Source: an uncultured Clostridia bacterium | GTDB taxonomy: Bacteria; Bacillota; Clostridia; Christensenellales; UBA1242 | DNA length: 64,000 nt | Direction: 5' to 3' | Assembly: GCA_944345705.1 (NCBI GenBank) | Contig: CALVML010000002.1 | Coordinates: forward strand, 19,992-83,991 | In this document: in pieces, positions 1 to 9,792 of the stretch | Layout of the letters: every line of letters begins with the position of its first letter | How positions within the stretch are numbered: the first letter of the stretch is position 1 | Position numbers and translations under genes: made by a program | The notes under the pieces: generated by a model | Database searches by the model: none | Told to the model about the DNA's origin: nothing | What the model saw: only the letters and a program-made list of their open reading frames with translations

Positions 1-23
1 TTTTAAATCGGTTTGAATTTTGA

Positions 24-118
24 ATAAAAAACGCTAGAAGCCGTAAGAGATCTTTCTCTTACAATTGCCTAAAGGCAATTCTTAATTTTCACAAGTGAAA
101 ATTAAGCGCTTCTAGCGT
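24..118 (-). terminator. Intrinsic terminator of the ltaS-like gene, with its loop expanded into a perfect four-way junction
   Basis: Read on the minus strand, an 11-bp closing stem ACGCUAGAAGC/GCUUCUAGCGU (31-41 with 108-118) is followed by a U-run (26-30). Inside are three abutting perfect hairpins at 81-106, 63-80 and 43-62. Confidence 0.5.
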
Positions 119-146
119 GCTGAGCCCGCTCAAGTATAATTCTACA

Positions 147-2165
147 TCAAACTTCTACTCCCGCAGGAGATTTTGGCGAAAATGTACCATTTATACCGTT
201 TTTATAGATCTTTTCTATATAATTTTGCTTTTCATAAAATCTATTTGCAATATTTTTGAAATGTTTAATGTCACTTTCAGTAACATCATCACTTAGTACC
301 ACAACATCCGATATATTAGAACTATAAATATATTCAGTAAACATTCCGCTTAGGTTTGATGCAAAGAATGAATTTTGAATTTGTGATGAGAAAATGTTAT
401 ATCCCTGATACAAATTAGTATTTGATGGCAAACCATACAGATAGCAAAGAGTAGGCAGTATGTCGTAAGTATTGCAAAAATCACTTACAAAATAGCTTTC
501 ACCATTTACATACTTTGGACTATAGAAGATCATAGGAATATTGTTTATATAGGTATTGCTACTATTCGATTTTTCAATTCCCTTAATCTTGTAACAAAGA
601 TCACTATAATATGAATTATGATCTGCGAAAAGCAAGATTGAAGTATCATCCGCCCTTCCGCGCATCTCCAGTTCTTGAATTAAATTTTCAACAGTCTTAT
701 CAAGATCAATCATTGCAGCTTTATAATTTTTAAATAGCGTTAAATCATGTTCATTTGTAGGCAAGATGTAATCAGTGTTTTCTGTAAACCACTTTACAAA
801 TTCGTCATAATTCTGCTCAAATAATTGATAATACTCATTGAGATCTGAAGTTTGGCTATCATAAGGACCATGAGTAGAAAGCGTTGCTATAAAAGTGAAA
901 AATCTATCGGTATCAGGGATAATATAATCCATAACATTAGAAGTAAAATCAAGATCTGGGAACCAGTCGCCGAAATAGTTGTAATCATACGATCCTGTAT
1001 AGTCTTCATAACTAATAAAATTGTCAAAGCCAATCCCATCAATGCCATGTGTGACATTTCTATCATAGAAACCTTCATTGTTTGCATGTACATAGGTTGT
1101 AGAAACGGTCCCCCCCCCACAAGATTTGAAGATGTTTGGCAGTGAATAGTCAAAAGTGTAACCATTGTAGTAGGCATCTACAATTAGTGAATCTTTAGGC
1201 ATACTGCCATTTAAAACAATTCCTTCACTGATGTTTGTTCTATTTCTAGCATAAAAATTGTCAAATACGACTGCATTATCGCCATAAACCATATTCCAAA
1301 GAGTTGGAGTGTTGATTGGATCTATAGCATACCAATCTAGACTTTCACATAGCACAACAATCAAATTGTCACCATATAAAGGCGCATTAGTATTCCCCTC
1401 AACATATCCACTATCTATAAAATCTTGATAAGACTTATATTCATCTTCATCTATTGAATTTCCAAAAATTAGATTTAGCACACTTTTAGTATAAAAACCA
1501 TAGTGACCAAATTTCTTAAAGGCTTCAGTTTTGAATTGGAAATTGTCCCAAAGATATTCGTCACTCGTTTCAATCTCGGTGTCAGCACTTGTTGCCTGTA
1601 TTAAATTTGAAGACTGAATTTGAAACATAGTGAAACCAAAACATTCAGCCAAAATGAATACTGCCAAAATTAAATATGGAGTTGAGAAATTTTTAATTTT
1701 TATAGTTGTTTTATTATATTTTACAACTAAGATTGAAATTGTTACCATAATCGCAAATACAGCAACATTGAGAGCCACTCCCTTCCAATCGATGAAATCA
1801 ACCGTAATCGCTGTTGTGGCTTCAGCACCGAGTTTGAGAAGGTCGAACGATAGAATATCGCCAAAGATATAATACATAGTTGAATTGACAATATTCATAA
1901 AAAATTGTATGGTCAAAAATAGATAATAAAGTATTTGCATAGCAATCTTATTGTAAGAAACATAGATTACCCCTGCAATCATGACAATTATCGCAAGATC
2001 AAATAGAAAATAAGTTGGAAGTCCCATTAGTCTTCCTTGCGAATTAGTAAAACCTAAATACAAAAAATTTACCAGTTCTAAAATTATAGCAAAGACTATA
2101 AAAAGACATGGCAATACTAATCTATTACTACTTAATGCTTTTACTTTTGTTTCACTCTTTTCCAT
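147..2165 (-). CDS. LTA synthase (LtaS) family membrane sulfatase-fold phosphoglycerol transferase
   Basis: About five N-terminal TM helices precede an extracellular alkaline-phosphatase/sulfatase-fold domain with motifs RTNISEG, LSTHGPY and LFADHNSYY. The ORF-track start at 2201 is TTG. I prefer the ATG at 2165 (MEKSETKV...), which has no SD. The CDS contains a G9 tract at 1110-1118. Confidence 0.85.
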   Translation of the reverse strand: MEKSETKVKALSSNRLVLPCLFIVFAIILELVNFLYLGFTNSQGRLMGLPTYFLFDLAIIVMIAGVIYVSYNKIAMQILYYLFLTIQFFMNIVNSTMYYIFGDILSFDLLKLGAEATTAITVDFIDWKGVALNVAVFAIMVTISILVVKYNKTTIKIKNFSTPYLILAVFILAECFGFTMFQIQSSNLIQATSADTEIETSDEYLWDNFQFKTEAFKKFGHYGFYTKSVLNLIFGNSIDEDEYKSYQDFIDSGYVEGNTNAPLYGDNLIVVLCESLDWYAIDPINTPTLWNMVYGDNAVVFDNFYARNRTNISEGIVLNGSMPKDSLIVDAYYNGYTFDYSLPNIFKSCGGGTVSTTYVHANNEGFYDRNVTHGIDGIGFDNFISYEDYTGSYDYNYFGDWFPDLDFTSNVMDYIIPDTDRFFTFIATLSTHGPYDSQTSDLNEYYQLFEQNYDEFVKWFTENTDYILPTNEHDLTLFKNYKAAMIDLDKTVENLIQELEMRGRADDTSILLFADHNSYYSDLCYKIKGIEKSNSSNTYINNIPMIFYSPKYVNGESYFVSDFCNTYDILPTLCYLYGLPSNTNLYQGYNIFSSQIQNSFFASNLSGMFTEYIYSSNISDVVVLSDDVTESDIKHFKNIANRFYEKQNYIEKIYKNGINGTFSPKSPAGVEV

Positions 2166-2172
2166 AAGACAT

Positions 2173-2201
2173 ATTATATAATATTTTGTATAATTTTTCA
2201 A
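2173..2201 (-). promoter_or_regulatory. Sigma-A-type promoter TTGAAA-17-TATAAT ending 7 nt before the ltaS-like ATG
   Basis: -35 TTGAAA at 2196-2201, 17-nt spacer, -10 TATAAT at 2173-2178, then ATGTCTT and ATG (2163-2165). No SD is present. Confidence 0.5.
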
Positions 2202-2230
2202 TATTTAACGCAAAAATATAATATATTTTA

Positions 2231-2263
2231 TAAAAAAACACGAAAATTTTTCATTTTTCGTGT
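2231..2263 (-). terminator. Rho-independent terminator
   Basis: The 9-bp stem ACACGAAAA/TTTTCGTGT (2238-2246 with 2255-2263) is followed by a U-run on the minus strand. Confidence 0.6.
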
Positions 2264-2326
2264 TTAATTGATTAAATCGTTCCAGATTCATGCTGTACAA
2301 CCATCAGCCTCACTCTTGCAAGCAAG

Positions 2327-2659
2327 TTATATTACAAGTGGAACGATGATACCTGCAATTACGATCAAAAGGCAGATAACATAAAGCACTTTCCAAACCA
2401 TTGGCTTTGGTCTTACATAACGCCATGCTAAGATCGCAACAATGATGATCATTATAGCAGTCGCTACACCTTGAAGTGCTGATACAACTTTCAAGTTTAC
2501 ATTACAAGCTGCAAGAACAAGAGATACAGCGTAAAGGAAAGTCACTGCAACTATTGTCCAAAATGAAATCTTGTTGAGTCCCCATACAGTTCTTTTAGAA
2601 GAAGATGAAGAACTTGATGAACTTGATGATTTTTTAGTGGTTGTTTTCTTTGTTGCCAT
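2327..2659 (-). CDS. Small membrane protein with an N-terminal poly-Ser tract (hypothetical)
   Basis: AGGAGG SD lies 8 nt before the ATG. An S11 run is followed by three hydrophobic helices. No family recognised. Confidence 0.7.
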   Translation of the reverse strand: MATKKTTTKKSSSSSSSSSSSKRTVWGLNKISFWTIVAVTFLYAVSLVLAACNVNLKVVSALQGVATAIMIIIVAILAWRYVRPKPMVWKVLYVICLLIVIAGIIVPLVI

Positions 2660-2713
2660 AAATAATTCCTCCTAACTATGATTATACTCACTTTTTAAAT
2701 AATGTCAAAAATT

Positions 2714-2944
2714 TTATGTATTTTTATAATATTTTTTTTCATTTTCGCGCTTGTCACCAAACATTTGCAAAAAAGGCAGATATTCTTCCCAGCGATAACT
2801 CCTAATCGGCATAGGTGGGTTATCTTTGAAGTATAGTACGAGTGCCGGCTTTATACCGTTATAATCATCTACAAACTCATATCTTTCTAAAAGTCCTGAC
2901 AAAATCAATTTCTTTACTTTTGCATGATAATTAAAATATGACAT
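2714..2944 (-). CDS. Hypothetical 76-aa protein
   Basis: A GGAGGAG SD lies immediately upstream of the ATG. The sequence is hydrophilic and no family was recognised. Confidence 0.55.
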   Translation of the reverse strand: MSYFNYHAKVKKLILSGLLERYEFVDDYNGIKPALVLYFKDNPPMPIRSYRWEEYLPFLQMFGDKRENEKKYYKNT

Positions 2945-3131
2945 ATCTCCTCCACAAATTTCTTTTCATTAGTTTAGCATATATGTGCATATTCGCAAAC
3001 ACTTCATTGATTTTTAGTAAGAAAATTTATTTATTCTTAAACAATCAAAAATATTAATATTTTTTTGTCTATTTTATCTTTAGCAAACATTATATATTTA
3101 TGCATTTTAAATCGCTTGCGACAAAAGATAT

Positions 3132-3911
3132 CTAACCGAGTGCAACATCAAGTATCATCATAAGTACAAAACCTAGAATGAATCCTAATGTACTGACAAA
3201 TGCGCCACTTTTAAATTTTGCTTCAGGTAAAAGTTCTTCTGCAACAACGAAAAGCATTGCCCCTGCCGAGAAGGCTAGAAGCCATGACATGATCGATGAT
3301 AGCACGCTAGATAAAAATATACCAATTACAGCCATCACTGGCTCTACTGCCCCACTTGCAAATCCAAATAAAAAACCTTTTTTCTTTGAATTATATTCAT
3401 CTTTTATAGGCAGAGATAGCGCTGCACCCTCAGGAAAATTTTGTATACCAATTCCAATAGCAAGCCAAAGAGCAGAATAGAAGGCTGAAATTTGACTTGC
3501 AACAATAGCATTTCCAAAGGCAAGCCCAACTGCAAGCCCTTCTGGAATGTTGTGCAAGGTGACTGCTATAAAAAGTTTGATAGGCTTTGTAAGACCATTA
3601 CCATTTTTGCCCTTTCGCTTAATGATAAACTGCACCAATTTATCTAATAGTATCAAAAACAGCGCGCCAAATATTATCCCTACGGTTGCAGGAACAAAAC
3701 TCCACTTGCCAAGACTTTCCGCCCCTTCAATAGATGGCAAAATAAGTGACCAAATAGATGCGGCAATCATAAGCCCTGATGCAAAACCTAAAAGCAAACT
3801 GTTGATCTTGTCACTTACATTTTTCTTAAATAAAAACACCACTGCAGAACCGAGCGTTGTCATTAAGAATACAAAACCGACACCTAAAACTATGATTATA
3901 GTGCTATCCAA
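3132..3911 (-). CDS. ZIP family divalent-metal transporter (ZupT-like)
   Basis: ZIP signature HNIPEGLAVG plus QNFPEGAA, with multiple TM helices. The likely start is TTG at 3911, preceded by AAAGGAGAAA. The ORF-track start at 3956 is also TTG but has no SD. Confidence 0.85.
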   Translation of the reverse strand: MDSTIIIVLGVGFVFLMTTLGSAVVFLFKKNVSDKINSLLLGFASGLMIAASIWSLILPSIEGAESLGKWSFVPATVGIIFGALFLILLDKLVQFIIKRKGKNGNGLTKPIKLFIAVTLHNIPEGLAVGLAFGNAIVASQISAFYSALWLAIGIGIQNFPEGAALSLPIKDEYNSKKKGFLFGFASGAVEPVMAVIGIFLSSVLSSIMSWLLAFSAGAMLFVVAEELLPEAKFKSGAFVSTLGFILGFVLMMILDVALG

Positions 3912-4136
3912 AAATTTCTCCTTTGTACGCTTTCCCTGTAAAGCCCCTAATATCAAGTTATTTTAAATTTGTGAAAATGTGACAAATAATTTTATAAAAT
4001 TAAACATATAAATCTGATTTGTGTCTAAAATAAAATAGACTGAAAATGGAAAAAATTATCCAAATTCAGTCTATTTTTTGTTGAAAAATCTAAAAATTGA
4101 TATATTTTTTAGTTTTTTTCTAATTTTTAGTTATAT

Positions 4137-7100
4137 TTAATTCTTTTCAAGTTTTTTCTTACTTAAAGATATCTGTTTTACAATATTAGAAATAACTTTA
4201 TTTTTGTTATGCCACCAATCTCTGCTCCATACGCGCATGATATTCCAGCCACGCGATTGCAGGAATTTTGTGCGGTAGACATCTCGCTCTAGAATAGACT
4301 CACTGCTCTTATATGCAGAATAGTCACATTCAATGCCGAGCAGATATCTATCCAACTTCTTGTCATACACGGCAAGTGAGAGTTTATAGTCGGTGTTGCC
4401 GAGATTTGTTTCAACATCATAGCCAAGTTTGACAAGTTCTTCTTTTATTGCATCTTCAAGTTGATTTTCAATGACAATTTCGCTAGTATTGACCTTTGGC
4501 GGTTTAAAACTATCGAGAATAAACTCGGCTTCCTTCTTCTTTTTGTTTGATATTGCCCTTACATATTTTAGATAACTCTTGAAAATCTTAGGTCCTGCAT
4601 TTTTGCTTCCTTCGACCATAAGTTCCTCAGGTTCAATACTTGTCACAACATAAATTTTTTCTTTGGCACGAGTAATTGCAACATTAAGTCTGTTTTCTCC
4701 GCCCTCAACTGAAAGTGAGCCAAAGTGAGCCACAACCTTGCCATATTCGTTACGTGCGTAACCTATACTAAAGATGATTATATCGCGTTCATCACCCTGA
4801 ACATTTTCTAGGTTTTTAATGAAAATTGAAGTGTCTTCACCATTTTCTTTTCTGTTTCTCTCTCGTATATAGGCATCTCTAAAGGCGCTGTCCTTTTGGC
4901 ATTCGGCGTCAATTGCGTCTTCGATTGCGTTTTCTTGTTCTGTATTGAAAGTAATAATGCCGATGGAACTTTTATTGCGTTTATTTTTAATGAGTTTTTT
5001 AAGTAAACTTACAATGGCATTTGCTTCTTCTCTATTACATCTCCCTACCCATTTTCCGTTGACTTTTATCCTTTCAATTGGTTTATTACCTACATTTTTA
5101 GAGATGTTCGGTGCAATCTGTAATTTACCATCATAGAAAGCATAGTTTGAAAAGTTGATAAGTTCTTCATTTTTACTTCTATAGTGATATGTAAGATTTG
5201 TAGATGTATATCTGGAAGTTGCAAGGTCGAGCAGACTTTCTACTTCAAGTGCCGCCTGAGTTGCAAGGTCAAGTTCTTCATCGCTGTCATTACCCATATA
5301 GCGTTTCATAAATGTTGCTGTTGGTCTTAATTGTTTTGAGTCACCCGCCACCACAATATATCGACCGCGATAGATTGTAGGCAAAGTATTCTCAATAAAC
5401 ACCTGACTTGCCTCGTCAAAGAGAATAATATCAAACAAATTCTTATTGAGCGGGAATATTGTCGAAACGCTTTCAGGTGATAAAAGCCAGCAAGGGAATA
5501 ATTTTAGAAGATAATCTCCATAAAGTTCCATCATCTTACGAATTGGAAGCAGACCCTGCTGTTTGGTGATTTGATAGAGATAGTTTTTGTTGTCCTCGCT
5601 GTTATTATAGAAATCTACATACTCTTGTTTGAATTTGTCGAGGCAAAGATTGATGGAAATATTTTTTTCTTCCTCTTTTAGTGAAAGAATTCTGTTTCTA
5701 ATGTTTTCAAAGTCAATTATTTTTGATAGTTCATTCTTATATAATTCCTCATACTTTACCGCTTCGTGATAAACTCTTATTTCAAGCAGTTTTAAAATGA
5801 TTTCCTTGTATCCGCGAGAATTCTTTGAATTTATAAATGCAAAGTTTAAAATAATCTTTTCTTCGCGTGACAGATTTTTAAGGGCGATATTTATATCTCG
5901 CACTTCAACATAGTCATCGAGAGCATTTAGAAGCAAACGCAAGAATATTGTATTTCCATTGACAATGTTGTCTATTGTCATAAGGTAGCCTTTTCTATCA
6001 AGCACCTTTTCAAGCAATGAGTAATTTGTGATATATTCTTTGATATCACTCAAAGTGTTTTCAAACTGCTCTTTAATCTCCTCCTCTTTCTTTAAAGCCT
6101 TATTTTTAACAAATGGATAGGCAGGGAACAACACTTTTGACCAATTTAGACCATTGTAAAGGTTTTTATTGTCCATTTTTGCAATCATCTTGATGAGCGG
6201 TTTCATATCATCAATATTGTCAATGTCATTTTCAAGCATATATACCATCATTTGTCTTGCGTGTGGATGTGAAGCGGTATCAAATGGAATTATGGTTTTT
6301 GCAATAAGGCCATTTATATATGTCTTAGTTTGATTAATTACATGGATATCAACATCTGCTTTGATATGATCGATAAGCGGATTGTTCTTTTTAAGTTCTA
6401 TATATCTATAGTACAGATCACTCTTATTTTTTTCCTTTATAACACGCAAGGTTTGATAGATTTGCTTATAGTCCATAGCCATGATGTCTTTATTTTTAAG
6501 CATTTGCTTATAGATTACATAATCATTGCTATTTTTGCCAATTCGCGCACTGTTTGCATACATTTCCTGCAATGAAAGACCAAAAGGCGTTTTTTGATAG
6601 AGCGTGTCTGAAATTATTTCAAGTTGCCTTATTTCATCATTGATGTACTTATCCACCTGCTCATAGTCTTCAATGCTGGCACTAGTTTCACTATTTGAAA
6701 GCACAGCTTGATGCATCTTGTTGCATCTTTCATAAAATTCAACTTTATTTTTCTCTGCATCTGTTATAAACATACACTTGCTGTTTAAACCTTTCAAGCG
6801 GTTGAAGACAACATCGAGTGCCGCTTTCTTTTGTGAAACAACAAGCACTCTCTTATTTTTGCCGATCGCATCCGATATGATATTGACAATCGTCTGTGAT
6901 TTACCTGTTCCTGGCGGGCCATATATGACAAGATTTCCGCTTTGATTGAGTTTTTCGATGGCGTTTGCCTGAGCATAGTCAAGATCGTTTATAGTGAAGG
7001 TGTAGTCACTTGTCTTTTTGATCTTTTTTGCTGGTTTTCCATCAAGTAATTGATCAATCGCATCAGAAGAAAGACGCTTTTTTTGTAAAATAGAATAATC

Positions 7101-7949
7101 ATTATATATAGCATTTGCAAGTGGAAACCTACCAATTACACAGGCATTGTAAAGTGAAAGGTCTTCTTCACGCAAAGATGGCTCATCAATTTTATCATAA
7201 CTTATAAGTCCTTTAGAAAAACTCTTGTCCACTTCAAATTTAAAGCCATACGCGGATAGATAGTCAAGCACATCTTTGACATTTCGCAGTTTATAATCCA
7301 TAAGATTATCAAACTCCATGATCATGCCATCATAGTTCAATCTATGTTGTTTTGCATAGGCAAGAAGTAGTACCTTGTTAAACTGTATAAGTTCGTTGGA
7401 TTTAGCCTCAATCACGCAAGTTTTGTCATCTTCAATTTCTATAGTAACAGGAAATAATATAAGTGGCGCTTTGATAAGTGTATCCTTACCGATACAACCC
7501 TTTACAAAAGGATAGCCCACAAACATCTCATATCGTCCTGTTTCTTTAGCAAATTCTTCAATCTCTCTTTTGAGTGCTTTAAGTTGAGTTACCTGCGAAG
7601 TGATAATTTTCTTCCCTTCTTCTCGTTTCAATCTTTCACGCCTTAAGTTTTCATTGCGTTTTTCCTCAGTGGAAAGATTTTTTGTATCGACAAAAGATGT
7701 CTTGATTTTTTTCTCAAGGTCAAAATTTTTATAGATGCGGTCCTTTGCTTCCTTTCTTATAAGAGCATAGCCCGTTCGTTTACCCTTCCAAATAAAATTG
7801 TAGAAAAGATCAAATTCTTCCTTATCGTCACCTATAACCTTACCAATATCATAGGCATATTTCTTGCTTATGTTTTTTGAATAAAGACTTCTATTCTTTC
7901 CGCTTATTTCAATTAAGCGTTCCTTATAATATTTGTAAATTGATTTCAT
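4137..7949 (-). CDS. 1270-aa SF1B (Upf1/Dna2-like, AAA_11/AAA_12) helicase with a DUF4011-like N-terminus and a C-terminal restriction-endonuclease-fold domain
   Basis: Helicase motifs: Walker A GPPGTGKSQT, DEASQ, VAGDSKQLRP, YHYRS, VQGDERD, LNVAITRAK. The C-terminus (IECDYSAY...RGWNIMRVWSRDWWHN) resembles the DUF559/REase_MTES_1575 type. The N-terminus resembles DUF4011. Confidence 0.85.
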   Translation of the reverse strand: MKSIYKYYKERLIEISGKNRSLYSKNISKKYAYDIGKVIGDDKEEFDLFYNFIWKGKRTGYALIRKEAKDRIYKNFDLEKKIKTSFVDTKNLSTEEKRNENLRRERLKREEGKKIITSQVTQLKALKREIEEFAKETGRYEMFVGYPFVKGCIGKDTLIKAPLILFPVTIEIEDDKTCVIEAKSNELIQFNKVLLLAYAKQHRLNYDGMIMEFDNLMDYKLRNVKDVLDYLSAYGFKFEVDKSFSKGLISYDKIDEPSLREEDLSLYNACVIGRFPLANAIYNDYSILQKKRLSSDAIDQLLDGKPAKKIKKTSDYTFTINDLDYAQANAIEKLNQSGNLVIYGPPGTGKSQTIVNIISDAIGKNKRVLVVSQKKAALDVVFNRLKGLNSKCMFITDAEKNKVEFYERCNKMHQAVLSNSETSASIEDYEQVDKYINDEIRQLEIISDTLYQKTPFGLSLQEMYANSARIGKNSNDYVIYKQMLKNKDIMAMDYKQIYQTLRVIKEKNKSDLYYRYIELKKNNPLIDHIKADVDIHVINQTKTYINGLIAKTIIPFDTASHPHARQMMVYMLENDIDNIDDMKPLIKMIAKMDNKNLYNGLNWSKVLFPAYPFVKNKALKKEEEIKEQFENTLSDIKEYITNYSLLEKVLDRKGYLMTIDNIVNGNTIFLRLLLNALDDYVEVRDINIALKNLSREEKIILNFAFINSKNSRGYKEIILKLLEIRVYHEAVKYEELYKNELSKIIDFENIRNRILSLKEEEKNISINLCLDKFKQEYVDFYNNSEDNKNYLYQITKQQGLLPIRKMMELYGDYLLKLFPCWLLSPESVSTIFPLNKNLFDIILFDEASQVFIENTLPTIYRGRYIVVAGDSKQLRPTATFMKRYMGNDSDEELDLATQAALEVESLLDLATSRYTSTNLTYHYRSKNEELINFSNYAFYDGKLQIAPNISKNVGNKPIERIKVNGKWVGRCNREEANAIVSLLKKLIKNKRNKSSIGIITFNTEQENAIEDAIDAECQKDSAFRDAYIRERNRKENGEDTSIFIKNLENVQGDERDIIIFSIGYARNEYGKVVAHFGSLSVEGGENRLNVAITRAKEKIYVVTSIEPEELMVEGSKNAGPKIFKSYLKYVRAISNKKKKEAEFILDSFKPPKVNTSEIVIENQLEDAIKEELVKLGYDVETNLGNTDYKLSLAVYDKKLDRYLLGIECDYSAYKSSESILERDVYRTKFLQSRGWNIMRVWSRDWWHNKNKVISNIVKQISLSKKKLEKN

Positions 7950-8022
7950 CTTTTTTATCCTTTTTTAGTATAAATTTTTATGTGGTAATAGTTTAACATG
8001 TTTATATTAAATTGACAATACA

Positions 8023-8670
8023 TTAATCAACAAATTTTTTAATAAATGTTTGCCGATGCAACTGGCATTTGCCATATTTTTTTATATTTTCTATATGCAA
8101 TTTTGTTCCGTAGCCCTTGTGCTTTGCAAATTGGTACTCGGGATATTCAAGATCATATTTCATCATCAACCTATCCCTATAGACCTTTGCAAGTATTGAT
8201 GCCGAAGCAATATTGTAAGATTTGCTATCACCTTTGATAATATTGTCCTGTGGCAAGTCAGTATCAATCTTTACTGCATCTATAAGGACTATGTCAGGTT
8301 TGACTGAAAGCCCGCAAAGTGCATTTTTCATGCCGAGTTTTGTCGCATTTAAAATATTTATCCTATCGATTATATCACTGTCTATCTCAACTATACAATA
8401 ACTTATCGCCTTTTCAATTATAAGCGGATAAAGTCTTTCTCTTTCTTTCTGCGAAAGTTTTTTTGAGTCATCAATCCCTTCAATTATGCTACTTTCATCA
8501 AGTGGCATAATCACACTTGCACAAACGACAGGTCCAGCAAGTGGGCCACGTCCTGCTTCATCTATTCCTGCTATCAACTTTCCTGAATAGTTTTTTTCGT
8601 AGTCTAAAAATTTTCTCTCTCGCATAACTTTTTCCAAAATATATTCTATCATTTTTTGATTATTTTTCAA
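8023..8670 (-). CDS. rnhB: Ribonuclease HII
   Basis: GIDEAGRGPLAGPVV and DSKKLS motifs. The start is uncertain: TTG at 8670 or ATG at 8652, neither with a clear SD. Confidence 0.9.
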   Translation of the reverse strand: MKNNQKMIEYILEKVMRERKFLDYEKNYSGKLIAGIDEAGRGPLAGPVVCASVIMPLDESSIIEGIDDSKKLSQKERERLYPLIIEKAISYCIVEIDSDIIDRINILNATKLGMKNALCGLSVKPDIVLIDAVKIDTDLPQDNIIKGDSKSYNIASASILAKVYRDRLMMKYDLEYPEYQFAKHKGYGTKLHIENIKKYGKCQLHRQTFIKKFVD

Positions 8671-8754
8671 AGTATTTAAAATAATATTAAAGAATTGTTT
8701 TTAAATGATTGACTATTTTTAAAAAAGCCGATAAAATTAAATTAGGAGATAATT

Positions 8755-9717
8755 ATGGAATATGTATTAGTCTTAGGCGGTTGCACACTTGATAAAACCT
8801 ATTATCAAAACAAAAATTTTTCTTTTCCGAAAAAACCTAACATCTTAAAGACAGGCGGAAAAGGTGCAAACCAAGCAATAAGTGCAAGTAAGGCTGGCGC
8901 AAATGTAGTCATGCTTACAAGGCTTAGTGCTAAAAAGGGAGAAAAAGCAACTACAAAACTCATCTTGCAAAACTTAAAGGACAATAAGATCAATGTTGAC
9001 AATGTTGAGCTTGATCCTGATATTTACAACGATTTTAGTAGTATTTATCTTTCAAGCAACGGTGATATCGACTTAAAGAGAATGACAAGCGCTATAGATA
9101 GTTTTGATGATGACTTGATTGAAAAATATCGCCAGCTTATATTAAATGCCAAAATTGTGGTAAGTCAATTCAAAGCTCCAAAAAGTTTTTTACACTCTCT
9201 TATAGACTTTTGTTATCAAAATAACAAGACTATAGTCTTAACCCCTACCCGCCCTGATCATCTTAAAATCTATGATAAGGAAAATGAAGATTTATTAAAT
9301 AAAGTGACGTATATCACGGCAAATGAAATAGAATGCAAGCGAATTTTTGAAGGATATTCAATTGAAGATGCTGTTAAAAAGTATCCTAATAAACTGATTG
9401 TCACTCTCGGCGAAAATGGGCTAATATATCATAATGGCAAAGATATCGTGCGTCTTCCAGCTTTCAATCTTGGTCAAGTCGTGGACACTGCAGGCGCAGG
9501 CGAAACCTTTGTAGGCAATTTTGTGGCAGGACTATTTAATGGCTATACTTTCGAGCAGTCCTTGATAAGAGCAAATGTTGCAAGTGCCATGAAAATTCAA
9601 CACCACTCGGCACAAAATGGAATACCGACCAAAAAAGAAGTTGACAGCCAAATAAACAAACTTATTGCAGAAAACGCCTATCCACAAATCAATTTCTCAA
9701 GTTCAATAGGGAAATAA
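8755..9717 (+). CDS. PfkB-family carbohydrate kinase (ribokinase-like)
   Basis: GGKGANQA and DTAGAGETFVG motifs. A TAGGAG SD lies upstream. Confidence 0.8.
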   Translation: MEYVLVLGGCTLDKTYYQNKNFSFPKKPNILKTGGKGANQAISASKAGANVVMLTRLSAKKGEKATTKLILQNLKDNKINVDNVELDPDIYNDFSSIYLSSNGDIDLKRMTSAIDSFDDDLIEKYRQLILNAKIVVSQFKAPKSFLHSLIDFCYQNNKTIVLTPTRPDHLKIYDKENEDLLNKVTYITANEIECKRIFEGYSIEDAVKKYPNKLIVTLGENGLIYHNGKDIVRLPAFNLGQVVDTAGAGETFVGNFVAGLFNGYTFEQSLIRANVASAMKIQHHSAQNGIPTKKEVDSQINKLIAENAYPQINFSSSIGK

Positions 9718-9748
9718 TCAAAAAAATGCAAAAAAATAGAATAAAAAT

Positions 9749-9792
9749 AAGCCTTTTGCAAATGGACATATTCCATTTTAAAAGGCTTTTAT
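9749..9792. terminator. Bidirectional terminator between convergent genes
   Basis: Stem AAGCCTTTT/AAAAGGCTT with an inner AAATGGA/TCCATTT stem, flanked by A/T runs on both sides. Confidence 0.6.
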
